Below, piece after piece: positions 19,670 through 29,254 of a DNA stretch of 64,000 nt. Within the stretch, counting starts at the first letter, position 1. Every line of letters starts with the position of its first letter. Under the pieces are notes generated by a model. That model saw only the letters and a program-made list of their open reading frames with translations. It was not told where the DNA came from and did no database searches. Made by a program: the position numbers and the translations under genes. The stretch is taken from NCBI GenBank assembly GCA_043819135.1, contig JBDRFG010000130.1, positions 1-64,000 on the forward strand, read 5' to 3'. This DNA is from Candidatus Eiseniibacteriota bacterium (GTDB lineage: Bacteria > Joyebacterota > Joyebacteria > Joyebacterales > Joyebacteraceae).

Positions 19670-19693
19670 AAGCGGGGGGAGCCCCTGCTTTTT
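19670..19693 (+). terminator. Intrinsic terminator after lpxA
   Basis: AAGCGGGGG-GAG-CCCCTGCTT stem running into a TTTTT tract (19689-93). Confidence 0.6.
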
Positions 19694-19756
19694 CGTACAC
19701 CGCACCTCGAGCCCCGCCGAGCGAAGGGTGGGCGCCGGGCTTACGGAGGGTTCAAG

Positions 19757-20719
19757 ATGCTCCGAGTCGGAGTGGTGGGAGTGGGGCACCTGGGCAGGTT
19801 TCACACGAGGGTCTACTCGGAGCTGAACGCCTGCGAGCTCGTCGGCATCCACGACAGCGACGCCGCGAGGGCGGCCGGGATAGCGAGCGAGTACGGAACG
19901 ACCGCGGTCGCGGACCTCGGAGAGCTTCTTGGGAGCGTGGACGCGGTCAGTATCGCCACGCCGACCGTGTCGCATCACGAGGTGGCGCGGCGCTGTCTCG
20001 AGTCCGGCGTTCAAGTGCTCGTCGAGAAGCCCATCGCCAGGACGGTCGAGGAGGCGAGGGAACTCGTCGAGCTGGGTCACGAGAGAGGTCTGATCGTACA
20101 GGTCGGGCACATCGAGCGTTTCAATCCGGCCGTCCGAGCGGCCATGGCCGTGCTGGACTCGCCCAAGTTCATCGAGGTGCACAGGCTGGGTGTCTTCGTC
20201 CCCAGAGGGACGGACGTCGCGGTCGTGCTGGACCTCATGATCCATGACATCGACCTCATCCTGGGAACCGTGAACTCGGACGTCACGTCGATAGAGGCCG
20301 TGGGCATTCCGGTGCTCTCGCCTTCCATAGACATCGCGAACGCGCGACTCACCTTCGCGGACGGCTGCGTGGCGAACATCACGGCCAGCAGGGTATCGAG
20401 GGAGAAGGTGAGGAAGATCCGATTCTTCCAGCCCGACGCCTACGTGACCGTCGACACGCTCGCGCCGAGAGCGCAGGTGTTCCGCAGGAAGGAAGTGTCC
20501 GTGGAGAAGCTCCGTCAGATCGCCTCGGGCGAGATAGAGGGTGGTCTCGGCGACATCGTCGACTACGAGGACCTTCCGCTTGATTCACAGGATTCTCTCG
20601 AGCTGGAACTCGGCGCCTTCGTCGACGCCGCATCCGGGCGCTCGGCGCCTGTGGTGAGCGGGGACGACGGTCTCCGGGCGCTCGAGGTCGCGCTGGAGAT
20701 CCTGCGGCAGACAGGTTAG
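19757..20719 (+). CDS. gnnA: Gfo/Idh/MocA oxidoreductase, probable UDP-GlcNAc 3-dehydrogenase (GnnA-like)
   Basis: GVGHLGRFH Rossmann fold, VEKP, GHIERFNPA, DLMIHDID, TASRVS; location between lpxA and lpxB. Confidence 0.7.
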   Translation: MLRVGVVGVGHLGRFHTRVYSELNACELVGIHDSDAARAAGIASEYGTTAVADLGELLGSVDAVSIATPTVSHHEVARRCLESGVQVLVEKPIARTVEEARELVELGHERGLIVQVGHIERFNPAVRAAMAVLDSPKFIEVHRLGVFVPRGTDVAVVLDLMIHDIDLILGTVNSDVTSIEAVGIPVLSPSIDIANARLTFADGCVANITASRVSREKVRKIRFFQPDAYVTVDTLAPRAQVFRRKEVSVEKLRQIASGEIEGGLGDIVDYEDLPLDSQDSLELELGAFVDAASGRSAPVVSGDDGLRALEVALEILRQTG

Positions 20720-20789
20720 CGCCGCCGCCCCCTCTGCCCTCGAGACCCGGGGCCGGAGCGCGAGCCTTTCCAGCGTAACGGGAGCAGCG

Positions 20790-21926
20790 ATGACCGCCGG
20801 ACGATCCACCGTACTCATCGTCGCTGGTGAGGCCTCAGGTGACCTTCACGCCTCCAAGGTCGTCGCGCGGCTGCGCGAACTCGACCCCGAACTCGCCGTC
20901 TTCGGCGTCGGCGGCGACCGGATGCGGGACGCGGGTTGTGAGCTCGTATACCGCAGCGACGACTTCGCCGTCGTGGGTCTGGTTGAGGTGCTGCGCCACG
21001 TTCCTCGCCTGAGAAGCGCCATGGAGCGTCTCGTTGCTCTCGCTGTAGAGAGAGAGACGCGCCTGGCCGTGCTCGTCGACTATCCCGGTTTCAATCTCAT
21101 GCTGGCAAGTCGGCTCCGCCGGATCGGAGTTCGCGTCCTCTACTACGTCAGTCCACAGGTCTGGGCGTGGGGCGAGGGCAGAGTAAGGAAGATAGCTGCG
21201 CGCGTGGACCGGATGGCCGTCATACTTCCCTTCGAGGTTGAGTTCTACCGGAAGCGTGGCGTCGAGGTCGAGTTCGTGGGGCACCCTCTTCTCGAGGAGC
21301 CGGCCGTGGCCGCCGCGCCCGCCGCCTCCACTCCCGGCGGCACCGTCCTGGGCCTCCTGCCCGGTAGTCGCAGGCACGAGATAGAGCGGCATCTCCCGCC
21401 GATGCTCGGCGCCGTCGAGCTTCTGCGCAAGCGGGTCGACGGCCTCACGGTGCGGCTCGGCCGCGCTCGTGGGATCAGTGACGAGTTCCTGGTCGAGAAC
21501 GGCGACCCGGCGCGTGCGGGTGTCGAGGTTCTTCCGCCCGACGACGTCCACGAGGTGATGCGCGGGTCGACCGCTCTCCTGATAGCGTCCGGAACCGCGA
21601 CGCTGGAGGCCGCCTGTCTGGGCGTTCCAATGGTCATAGTCTACAGGCTGGCGTGGCTGTCGTACGTGGTCGGTCGGGCGCTCGTCAGGATCCCTCACAT
21701 AGGACTCGTCAACGTAGTAGCGGGACGGAGGGTCGTGCCCGAACTCGTGCAGGGCGAAGCCAGCGCGGCCCGCATGGCGAAGGAGGTACTACCGTTCCTC
21801 TCAGATCCCGCGCTCCGCGAGGAGACATCCCGGGGATTGCTCGAGGTCAGGCGCGAGCTAGGCGATCCCGGGGCCAGCGAGAAGGTGGCGCGGATGGTCC
21901 TTGAAATGGTCGGGGGTGCGGAGTGA
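20790..21926 (+). CDS. lpxB: Lipid-A-disaccharide synthase
   Basis: AGEASGDLH, DYPGFN, YYVSPQVWAW, ILPFE, FVGHPL, LLPGSR, SGTATLE. Confidence 0.96.
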   Translation: MTAGRSTVLIVAGEASGDLHASKVVARLRELDPELAVFGVGGDRMRDAGCELVYRSDDFAVVGLVEVLRHVPRLRSAMERLVALAVERETRLAVLVDYPGFNLMLASRLRRIGVRVLYYVSPQVWAWGEGRVRKIAARVDRMAVILPFEVEFYRKRGVEVEFVGHPLLEEPAVAAAPAASTPGGTVLGLLPGSRRHEIERHLPPMLGAVELLRKRVDGLTVRLGRARGISDEFLVENGDPARAGVEVLPPDDVHEVMRGSTALLIASGTATLEAACLGVPMVIVYRLAWLSYVVGRALVRIPHIGLVNVVAGRRVVPELVQGEASAARMAKEVLPFLSDPALREETSRGLLEVRRELGDPGASEKVARMVLEMVGGAE

Positions 21927-22591
21927 GCGGCGGACGAGCCAGGTTGTCCACGTGGGACAGAGTTCTCGTGAGCGTCGTCGGGCGCCTCGGGCCTCTTCTG
22001 CTGCTGTTGCTTGGCTCGACGTGGCGCGTGGCGGAGCTCCACACCGAGCGTGTAGACGAGATCCACGAGTCGGGGCGACCGGTGGTGTTCGCGTTCTGGC
22101 ACGGTGTGCTGCTTCCGCTGGAGTACGTATGCAGGGGCAGAAACATCCAGGTGCTGTCGTCGTGGCATCGCGACGGAGAGATGAGTGCTCGGTTGATGAC
22201 GGCGCTCGGCTACGGAGTCGTGCGCGGCTCGTCCAGCAGGGGCTCCGCGAGGGGGCTGGTGCGCATGCTCGCGAGGGCGGTCGAGGGGCTCGATCTCGCG
22301 ATCACGCCCGACGGCCCCACGGGGCCCGCCGGCAGCGTCAAACGAGGCATATTCTACCTGGCTGAGAAGTCGGGAGGAAGACTGGTTCCAGTCGGGGTCG
22401 GTGCGGCTCGCGCCAGACGGCTGTCGAGCTGGGACAGCTTCCTGATACCGTTGCCCTTCTCCCGCGTCGCCGTCGTCTACGGTGAGTCGTTCTCATGGGA
22501 CGAGTCCGCGCCGTTCGAGGAACGGGCGGCTCTGCTCAAGGCGGCGATCGACCGCCTGAACGTGGAGGCCGCAGAATCCGCCGCGCGGTAG
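21923..22591 (+). CDS. Lysophospholipid acyltransferase family protein (DUF374, LpxJ-like secondary acyltransferase)
   Basis: FWHG, S.HRDGE, VRGSSSRG, ITPDGPTGP, SWDSF.IPLPFS motifs; lies between lpxB and waaA. Confidence 0.8.
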   Translation: MSGGRARLSTWDRVLVSVVGRLGPLLLLLLGSTWRVAELHTERVDEIHESGRPVVFAFWHGVLLPLEYVCRGRNIQVLSSWHRDGEMSARLMTALGYGVVRGSSSRGSARGLVRMLARAVEGLDLAITPDGPTGPAGSVKRGIFYLAEKSGGRLVPVGVGAARARRLSSWDSFLIPLPFSRVAVVYGESFSWDESAPFEERAALLKAAIDRLNVEAAESAAR

Positions 22592-22643
22592 GCACGAGGG
22601 CCCGCTGCCCGCGGGGCGAGGCCGGCGTCCGGAGGACGGAACA

Positions 22644-23912
22644 TTGTTGTACACTTACTACAGGATCATGACAAACCTGCTGTGGCCGCTGGCCGTCTCG
22701 GCGTCGGCCCTGAGACGTGCCACCGGGAGTCGGGAGTGGGGGCAGCGCGTGGGTCGGACGCCCCCCGTGGCGGAAGGTGCGGTGTGGCTGCACGCGGCGT
22801 CCGTCGGGGAGGTCGCCGCCGTCACGCCACTCGCGACGGCGCTTGCGACCACCCCGGCTGGTGTATTCCTCACGGTCGTCACGCCGACCGGTCGGGCCGT
22901 GGCGGCACGTTCTCTCAGCGATCTGGCTGTCTCCTTCGCCCCTCTCGATTTTGTCACCGCCGTGCGGCGCGTTCTCCGCTCGGTGCGTCCTCGCGCCCTC
23001 CTTCTCACCGAGACCGAGCTCTGGCCGAACACGATCTACGAGAGCGCCGAGGCCGGTGTGCCCGTCGGCATGGTCAACGGCAGGCTGTCCGAGAGGAGTC
23101 TAAGGCGCTACGTCATGCTCGGATCTCCGCTGCGAAGCGTCGCATCGCGCGTTTCCTTCGCCGCCTGCCGCTCCGAGGCCGACGCCCTCCGCTTCCGCGA
23201 GCTGGGGATCGCCGGATCGCGCGTGACGGTGGTCGGCGACATGAAGTTCGACAAGCTGGAGGTCCCGCTGAGCGAAACGGAGAGGGTCGAGCTCAGGTCT
23301 TCTCTCGGCATCCCCGGCGACGCGCGCGTGGTCGTGTTCGGCAGCGTCAGGCCGAAGGAAGAAAGCGCCGTTGCCTCGGCAGTGGCCGCGGTGGCGGACG
23401 AGTTCCCGAAATCGTATGCGGTGGTCGCGCCGCGCCATCTCGAGCGCGTTCCGCGCGTGGTCGAGGCTCTCGCGTCTCGCGGCGTCGGATCGACCCTGCG
23501 GTCGTCTCGCGGGGGCGACGGCCCGGCGCACCGAACGATCGTCGTCGATACCACGGGCGAGCTGGCCCGCATCTACGCCGCGGGCTCGGTGGCGTTCGTG
23601 GGAGGAACGCTCGCGCCCTACGGCGGACACGATCCACTGGAACCTGCGGCACAGGGAGTGCCCGTAGTGCTGGGTCCGCATACCGAAACGTGCAGCGGCT
23701 CGGCGCGCCGGCTTCTGTCGGAGGGCGCGGCGTTCGAGGTCGGTGGATCCGACGAACTCGCGCAGACGCTTCTGGACCTCCTGAGAGATGATGACGCCCG
23801 GGCGGAAGCCGGGGCGCGCGCTCTCCGGGCCGTTGCCTCGGGGCGCGGGGCGACCGCACGCACGGTGGAGTTCCTGGAATCGATAGGGGTGCTCGATGCG
23901 GCGTCCGGATGA
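22644..23912 (+). CDS. waaA: 3-deoxy-D-manno-octulosonic acid (Kdo) transferase
   Basis: WLHAASVGE, ETELWPN, NGRLSERS, GDMKFD, APRHLER, DTTGEL, GGHDPLEPA. Confidence 0.95.
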   Translation: MLYTYYRIMTNLLWPLAVSASALRRATGSREWGQRVGRTPPVAEGAVWLHAASVGEVAAVTPLATALATTPAGVFLTVVTPTGRAVAARSLSDLAVSFAPLDFVTAVRRVLRSVRPRALLLTETELWPNTIYESAEAGVPVGMVNGRLSERSLRRYVMLGSPLRSVASRVSFAACRSEADALRFRELGIAGSRVTVVGDMKFDKLEVPLSETERVELRSSLGIPGDARVVVFGSVRPKEESAVASAVAAVADEFPKSYAVVAPRHLERVPRVVEALASRGVGSTLRSSRGGDGPAHRTIVVDTTGELARIYAAGSVAFVGGTLAPYGGHDPLEPAAQGVPVVLGPHTETCSGSARRLLSEGAAFEVGGSDELAQTLLDLLRDDDARAEAGARALRAVASGRGATARTVEFLESIGVLDAASG

Positions 23913-25059
23913 TCGGTGCCGAGGCGAAAGCGTGGAGCCCGCGACCCTCACGGGGCTCGCGAGGTTCGCCGACTGGTGGCGAAGGCTCGCGATGGGGCGG
24001 GACGAGCCCGAGGGACTGAACGTAGCGGCCGCGGGCCTGCTGGTCATGCTGTCGGTGCCGTACGGAGTCGGCGCTGTCGTGTCTCTGTGGTTCAGGGCGA
24101 TGCGACCGGCCAAGAGCGATGTCCCCGTCATATCGGTAGGCAATATCGTGGCCGGGGGCGCCGGAAAGACCCCTCTGACCATCTATCTGGCCCGGCGGCT
24201 GGTGGGTCAGGGGCGGAAGGTCGCCGTTGTCAGCCGCGGGTACGGCCGACGTTCCAGGGGCACGGTCGTGGTCTCACGGGGTGACGGTCCGCTCGTCAAA
24301 TGGCGCGAGGCCGGCGACGAACCCTACATGATGGCTCTTCTAACGGAAGGTGTATCGATCGTCGTGTCCGAGCGCCGCCGCCTGGGCGTTCGACACGCTG
24401 TGGAAGAGCTGGGCGCAGATGCTATACTACTTGACGATGCCTTCCAGCACGTGCAGCTGGCCAGGGATCTGGACATCGTGGCCGTTGACGCTGCGGCCCC
24501 GGTAGGGAACGGTCACCTTCTTCCGGGGGGACCGCTCAGGGAGCATCCCTCCGGGATCGGACGCGCCGACGTTCTCGTGGCGACGAGGTGCGATCGGGCC
24601 GGCGGCTCCGGGCGAGTTGCCGGGGCGCTGGGTCCGCTGGCGCCGGCGGCGCCGATAGTCGAGACCCGCATGAAGCCCGTGGAGTTCTGGGACGCAGGCA
24701 CGGGGGAGACGGTCAAGGCCGCGGAGCTGCGGACGCGAGGCTGCCTGGCCCTGTCGAGCATCGCGGACCCGTCCGACTTCGAGCGAACGCTCGCCAGACT
24801 CAAGATGAACGTACTGGGGCGTCTTGCGCTGCCCGACCATCACGACTACTCAGAGGACGACGTCGATGTCGTCCTTGAGGCCGCGCGAGAGGTCGGCGCG
24901 GACACGATACTGACCACCGAGAAGGACGCCGTGAGGCTGAGGCCCTGGCGGTCCCGCGTGCCGCTCGTGGCTCTGGGTATCGAACTCGAGGTCACCGGAG
25001 GGAAGGAACTCCTGATGGACGCACTCGACCAGGCCCTCTCGAGACGGAGGAAGCCATGA
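23896..25059 (+). CDS. lpxK: Tetraacyldisaccharide 4'-kinase
   Basis: ISVGNIVAGGAGKTP, SRGYG, GDEP, LDDAFQH, LLPGGPLRE, TTEKDAV; exact start uncertain. Confidence 0.95.
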   Translation: MRRPDDRCRGESVEPATLTGLARFADWWRRLAMGRDEPEGLNVAAAGLLVMLSVPYGVGAVVSLWFRAMRPAKSDVPVISVGNIVAGGAGKTPLTIYLARRLVGQGRKVAVVSRGYGRRSRGTVVVSRGDGPLVKWREAGDEPYMMALLTEGVSIVVSERRRLGVRHAVEELGADAILLDDAFQHVQLARDLDIVAVDAAAPVGNGHLLPGGPLREHPSGIGRADVLVATRCDRAGGSGRVAGALGPLAPAAPIVETRMKPVEFWDAGTGETVKAAELRTRGCLALSSIADPSDFERTLARLKMNVLGRLALPDHHDYSEDDVDVVLEAAREVGADTILTTEKDAVRLRPWRSRVPLVALGIELEVTGGKELLMDALDQALSRRRKP

Positions 25060-25979
25060 GGTTTGAGGAGTACGCGAGGATGTCCGAGGCGGAGCTCATC
25101 GCCCGTTGCGATGAGCTGAAGCGCGTCAAGAACGCCGTCATCCTGGGGCACAATTACCAGGTGGACGCCGTTCAGAGAGTATCGGATTCCGTCGGCGACT
25201 CGCTCGTTCTCGCGCAGCTCGGAGCCGCGAGCGACGCCGAGCTCATCGTTCTGTGCGGTGTGCACTTCATGGCCGAGAGCGCGAAGATACTCAACCCCTC
25301 CAGGAAGGTCATTATTCCCTCGCTGTCCGCGGGCTGCCCGATGGCCGACATGATAACGGCCGACGAACTCAGGGGCTTCAAGGCTGAGCACCCGGGGGCG
25401 CCGGTGGTCTGCTACGTGAACACTTCCGCGGCCGTGAAGGCCGAGAGTGACGTCTGCTGCACGTCCTCGAACGCCGTGCGGGTCGTCGAGTCGCTCGATG
25501 CTGCGGAGATACTCTTCGTTCCCGACAGGAATCTGGCCGCGTACGTAGCCTCGCAGACCGGCAAGACGATAATACCGTGGGACGGTTACTGCACCGTGCA
25601 CAACATGTTCGTTCCCGAGGACGTGGTGGTCGCTACGGCCGCTCACCCGGATTCCCCGGTCGTGGTGCATCCGGAGTGTCCGCCGAACGTCGTCAAGATG
25701 GCCGACTTCGTCGCGTCCACGGAGGGAATGGTGAAACTCGCGGCCGAGCACGACAGCCTGATTGTTGGCACGGAGATAGGGCTCATTGACAGGCTCAAGC
25801 GCGACCACCCGGGCAAGCGGTTCCATCCGCTCTCACCGTTCGCTCTGTGTCGGAACATGAAGATGATCGACCTGCCTCGTGTCGTCTGGTCCCTGGACAA
25901 CGAGGAGCACGAGATATCCGTGCCGGACGATGTTCGCATCCGGGCGCAGAGTGCACTGGCGCGTATGCTGGAGTGCTGA
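25056..25979 (+). CDS. nadA: Quinolinate synthase A
   Basis: GHNYQ, GDSL, CGVHFMAE, AGCPMA, YVNTSA, CTSSNA, GYCTVH, HPEC, C.NMK with three Fe-S cysteines. Confidence 0.96.
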   Translation: MRFEEYARMSEAELIARCDELKRVKNAVILGHNYQVDAVQRVSDSVGDSLVLAQLGAASDAELIVLCGVHFMAESAKILNPSRKVIIPSLSAGCPMADMITADELRGFKAEHPGAPVVCYVNTSAAVKAESDVCCTSSNAVRVVESLDAAEILFVPDRNLAAYVASQTGKTIIPWDGYCTVHNMFVPEDVVVATAAHPDSPVVVHPECPPNVVKMADFVASTEGMVKLAAEHDSLIVGTEIGLIDRLKRDHPGKRFHPLSPFALCRNMKMIDLPRVVWSLDNEEHEISVPDDVRIRAQSALARMLEC

Positions 25980-26039
25980 CGGCCCGAATCGTGTGAACGG
26001 ACCGCGGTAGCATCCGGGTCCGGCCTGAAGGAGGGACGC

Positions 26040-27659
26040 TTGCCCGCCGAACGGACTCACGAATCCGCCGACTTCATCGTCGTCGGAAGCGGCATAGCCG
26101 GCCTGACGTTCGCGCTCTCGGTCGCGAAGCGGGGCCGCGTTATCGTCGTCACCAAGAAGGACGACGCGGAATCGGCGACCAACATGGCCCAGGGCGGGAT
26201 CGCGGCCGTCGTCGAGGGGGCCGACTCGTTCGAACAGCACGTGCGCGACACGATGACCGCGGGCGTCGGCCTCTGCAACCGCGAGGCCGTGGAGATCGCC
26301 GTCCGGAGCGGGCCCGGCGCCGTCGGCAGGCTGATATCCTGGGGGGCCCGTTTCTCCACCGAGATCGCGGACGACGGCGACGAGCACTTTTCTCTCGGAC
26401 AGGAGGGCGGCCACTCGGCCCGACGCATCGTGCACGCGGCCGACATGACCGGCGAGGAGATCGAGACGGCGCTCCTCTCGGCGGTCGGTTCGTCTCCGAA
26501 CATCGAGGTGTGGGAAGACCACGTCGCTATCGACATCGTCGTCGACGAGTCCGCCGAGGGGCGGAGGTGCGCGGGCGTTCACGTGCTGGACGTCGTGGCC
26601 GGTCGGGTGACGACCGTAGTAGCTCCGGTGACGGCGCTTGCGACGGGCGGGTGCGGCAAGGTCTATCTCTACACGACGAACCCCGACATCGCAAGCGGTG
26701 ACGGCATCGCCATCGCGTACCGCGCCGGGGTGCCCGTCCGCAACATGGAGTTCATTCAGTTCCACCCTACCTGTCTCTATCACCCCGACGTGAAGTCGTT
26801 CCTCATCTCCGAGGCGGTACGCGGCGAGGGCGCCGTGCTCCGAGCCCTGAGCGGCGAGAGGATAATGGAGGGCAAGCATCCGAGGGAGGACCTGGCTCCC
26901 AGGGACGTCGTCGCCCGCGCCATCGACCGGACGATGAAGGAGACCGGCGACAAGCACGTCCATCTCGACCTGACCCATCTCGACCCTGACCAGGTGAGAG
27001 CCCGATTTCCGAACATAAACAGGCGCCTGCTCGATTTAGAGATAGACATGACGACGGAGCCCGTGCCCGTTGTTCCCGCCGCTCACTACGTCTGCGGCGG
27101 GGTGGCCGTCGACCTCGAGGGCAGAACGAGCCTGCCGGGGCTCTACGCGATCGGCGAGGTCGCTCACACCGGCATGCACGGCGCGAACAGGCTGGCCTCC
27201 AACTCCCTTCTGGAAGCGGTAGTGTTCAGCGAGCGAGCGGCCAGGTCGGCAGTGGACGCGCTCGATGGCGGCGCCGCCGTGACCCGGGGAGCTGCCGAGA
27301 TGGAGTGGTCGGGACCCGAGGCGGGATCCGTTCCGGAGGGCGTGCTCATCGACCACAGCTGGGACATCGTTCGCAGGATCATGTGGGACTACGTCGGGAT
27401 CGTCAGGACCGAGCGGAGGCTGGACTTTGCCAGCAGGCGGATGTCCGCCATCGGGGCTGAGATCGCGGACTACTTCTCGCGCTATCCTGTCAGCCGGGAC
27501 CTGCTGGAACTCAGGAACATCTCGCTGGTGGGCGAGCTGATAATCGCGAGCGCGCTGCTTCGGAAGGAATCGAGGGGGCTTCACTGGATGGAGGACTTCC
27601 CGGAGCGAGACGACGAGCACTGCCTCAGGGACACCGTCCTGGACGGGGGCTTACGATGA
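26040..27659 (+). CDS. nadB: L-aspartate oxidase
   Basis: GSGIAG FAD motif, AQGGIA, EGGHS, QFHPT, SEAVRGEG, HYVCGG, HGANRLASNSLLE, ESRGLH; adjacent to nadA. Confidence 0.95.
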   Translation: MPAERTHESADFIVVGSGIAGLTFALSVAKRGRVIVVTKKDDAESATNMAQGGIAAVVEGADSFEQHVRDTMTAGVGLCNREAVEIAVRSGPGAVGRLISWGARFSTEIADDGDEHFSLGQEGGHSARRIVHAADMTGEEIETALLSAVGSSPNIEVWEDHVAIDIVVDESAEGRRCAGVHVLDVVAGRVTTVVAPVTALATGGCGKVYLYTTNPDIASGDGIAIAYRAGVPVRNMEFIQFHPTCLYHPDVKSFLISEAVRGEGAVLRALSGERIMEGKHPREDLAPRDVVARAIDRTMKETGDKHVHLDLTHLDPDQVRARFPNINRRLLDLEIDMTTEPVPVVPAAHYVCGGVAVDLEGRTSLPGLYAIGEVAHTGMHGANRLASNSLLEAVVFSERAARSAVDALDGGAAVTRGAAEMEWSGPEAGSVPEGVLIDHSWDIVRRIMWDYVGIVRTERRLDFASRRMSAIGAEIADYFSRYPVSRDLLELRNISLVGELIIASALLRKESRGLHWMEDFPERDDEHCLRDTVLDGGLR

Positions 27660-29254
27660 TGAGCAGAGCGTGCCTGAACGTCGCGGTGGCTTTGCTGACG
27701 CTTCTCATGTGCGCCGCGGGCTGTGGCGCCGAAGAAGGAGGCGATGGAAACGTGAACTCGGACAGACAGGAAGCGGCAGGGGTCGTCAGGCGCCCGGTCT
27801 GGGCGGGGCCCAATGCCTTCTACCCGTCCGACCCGGAGGTCCTCGCCCGAGACATCGACGGCTACCTGGCCGCCGCGGAGACGCCCGAGCTCGCCGGCGA
27901 GATAGTGGCTCTGATATGCCCGCACGCCGGGTACCGCTACTCGGGACAGGTCGCGGCGAAGGCGTACGCGCACGTGCGCGACGTGCCGTTCGACGCCGCC
28001 ATCGTAGTGGCGCCGTCGCACAGGTTCGCGTTCAGGATCGCATCGGTATACGGCGGCGACGGGTACGCGACGCCGCTCGGAGTGGTCCCCGTTGACCGCG
28101 AGCTGGCCGACGCCATCTCGGACCCGTCGAACGGGTTCGGATACGAGCCCAGGGCCCACTCGGAAGAGCACTCGCTCGAGGTCCAGGTGCCGTTTCTCCA
28201 GCGCGCTCTTGGTGAGTTCCGGATCGTGCCGATCGTGATGGGCGAGCAGACCGAGACGGCGACCAGGCTGCTTGCGTCGCGAATCGCCAAGGCCGTGAAG
28301 GATGCGCCGGGGAAGCGCGTGCTTCTCGTTGCCAGCACCGACCTCTCGCATTTCCACGATCAGGACACGGCGGTCGAACTCGACTCGCACGTGCTCGAGG
28401 CCGTGGAGGACTTCGATCCGGAGGGGCTCCTGGCCTCGCTGGCGCGGGGTGAATGCGAGGCGTGCGGGGGAGGACCCGCCGCGGTCGTGATGATGGCGGC
28501 GCGGGAGCTGGGAGCGCGGGAATCCACGGTCGTCGGCTACGCGACGTCCGGAGACGTCGCGGGAGACAAGAGCCGCGTGGTTGGCTACATGGCCGCCGTG
28601 CTTCATGGCGCGCCCCCGGCAAAGCGCACGGAGGAGCGCGTCGCGGGAGCCGCCGACGACTCGCCGGAGGATGTCCACGCGGACGCGGCCGGCGCTCCCT
28701 ACGGGGGGCTGACGGAGCGTGAGCGGAGCGCACTCGTGTCGCTCGCCAGACGCTCGATAGCCGCTGAGCTTGCCGGGCACTGGCCTCCGCCCTTGGAATT
28801 CAGTTCGAAGACGCTCAGGACCGAGCGCGGCGCGTTCGTCACTCTCGAGAAGCGAGGCGCTCTCCGGGGTTGCATCGGTCACGTGCTCGCGTACAAGCCG
28901 CTCGAACAGACCGTAATGGAGATGGCTGTCCAGGCGGCGCTCCACGATCCACGATTTCCTCCGGTGACGGCCGACGAGCTCGATGAGCTCACCATAGAGA
29001 TCTCAGTGATGTCACCTCTCACCGCGGTCGAGGACGTGTCCGAGATCGAGGTGGGGGCTCACGGCCTGGTCATCCGGGACGGAGGACGGAGCGGCCTGCT
29101 CCTGCCTCAGGTGGCGACCGACTACGGTTGGGACCGCGAGACTTTCCTCCAGCACACCTGCGCGAAGGCGGGACTGCCGCCGGATGCCTGGAAGCAAGAG
29201 GGAGTCTCCATTCTGAAGTTCACCGCGGAGGTCTTCGGAGAGGAACAGCCTTGA
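27656..29254 (+). CDS. AmmeMemoRadiSam system protein B/A fusion (Memo domain + AMMECR1 domain) with N-terminal lipoprotein-like signal
   Basis: Memo motifs PHAGYRYSG, APSH, EHSLEVQ, STDLSH, ACG, TSGD..VVGY; AMMECR1 motifs GAFVTL, LRGCIG, DPRF, LLPQVA, KAGL; N-terminus MMSRACLNVAVALLTLLMCAAG-C. Confidence 0.92.
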   Translation: MMSRACLNVAVALLTLLMCAAGCGAEEGGDGNVNSDRQEAAGVVRRPVWAGPNAFYPSDPEVLARDIDGYLAAAETPELAGEIVALICPHAGYRYSGQVAAKAYAHVRDVPFDAAIVVAPSHRFAFRIASVYGGDGYATPLGVVPVDRELADAISDPSNGFGYEPRAHSEEHSLEVQVPFLQRALGEFRIVPIVMGEQTETATRLLASRIAKAVKDAPGKRVLLVASTDLSHFHDQDTAVELDSHVLEAVEDFDPEGLLASLARGECEACGGGPAAVVMMAARELGARESTVVGYATSGDVAGDKSRVVGYMAAVLHGAPPAKRTEERVAGAADDSPEDVHADAAGAPYGGLTERERSALVSLARRSIAAELAGHWPPPLEFSSKTLRTERGAFVTLEKRGALRGCIGHVLAYKPLEQTVMEMAVQAALHDPRFPPVTADELDELTIEISVMSPLTAVEDVSEIEVGAHGLVIRDGGRSGLLLPQVATDYGWDRETFLQHTCAKAGLPPDAWKQEGVSILKFTAEVFGEEQP

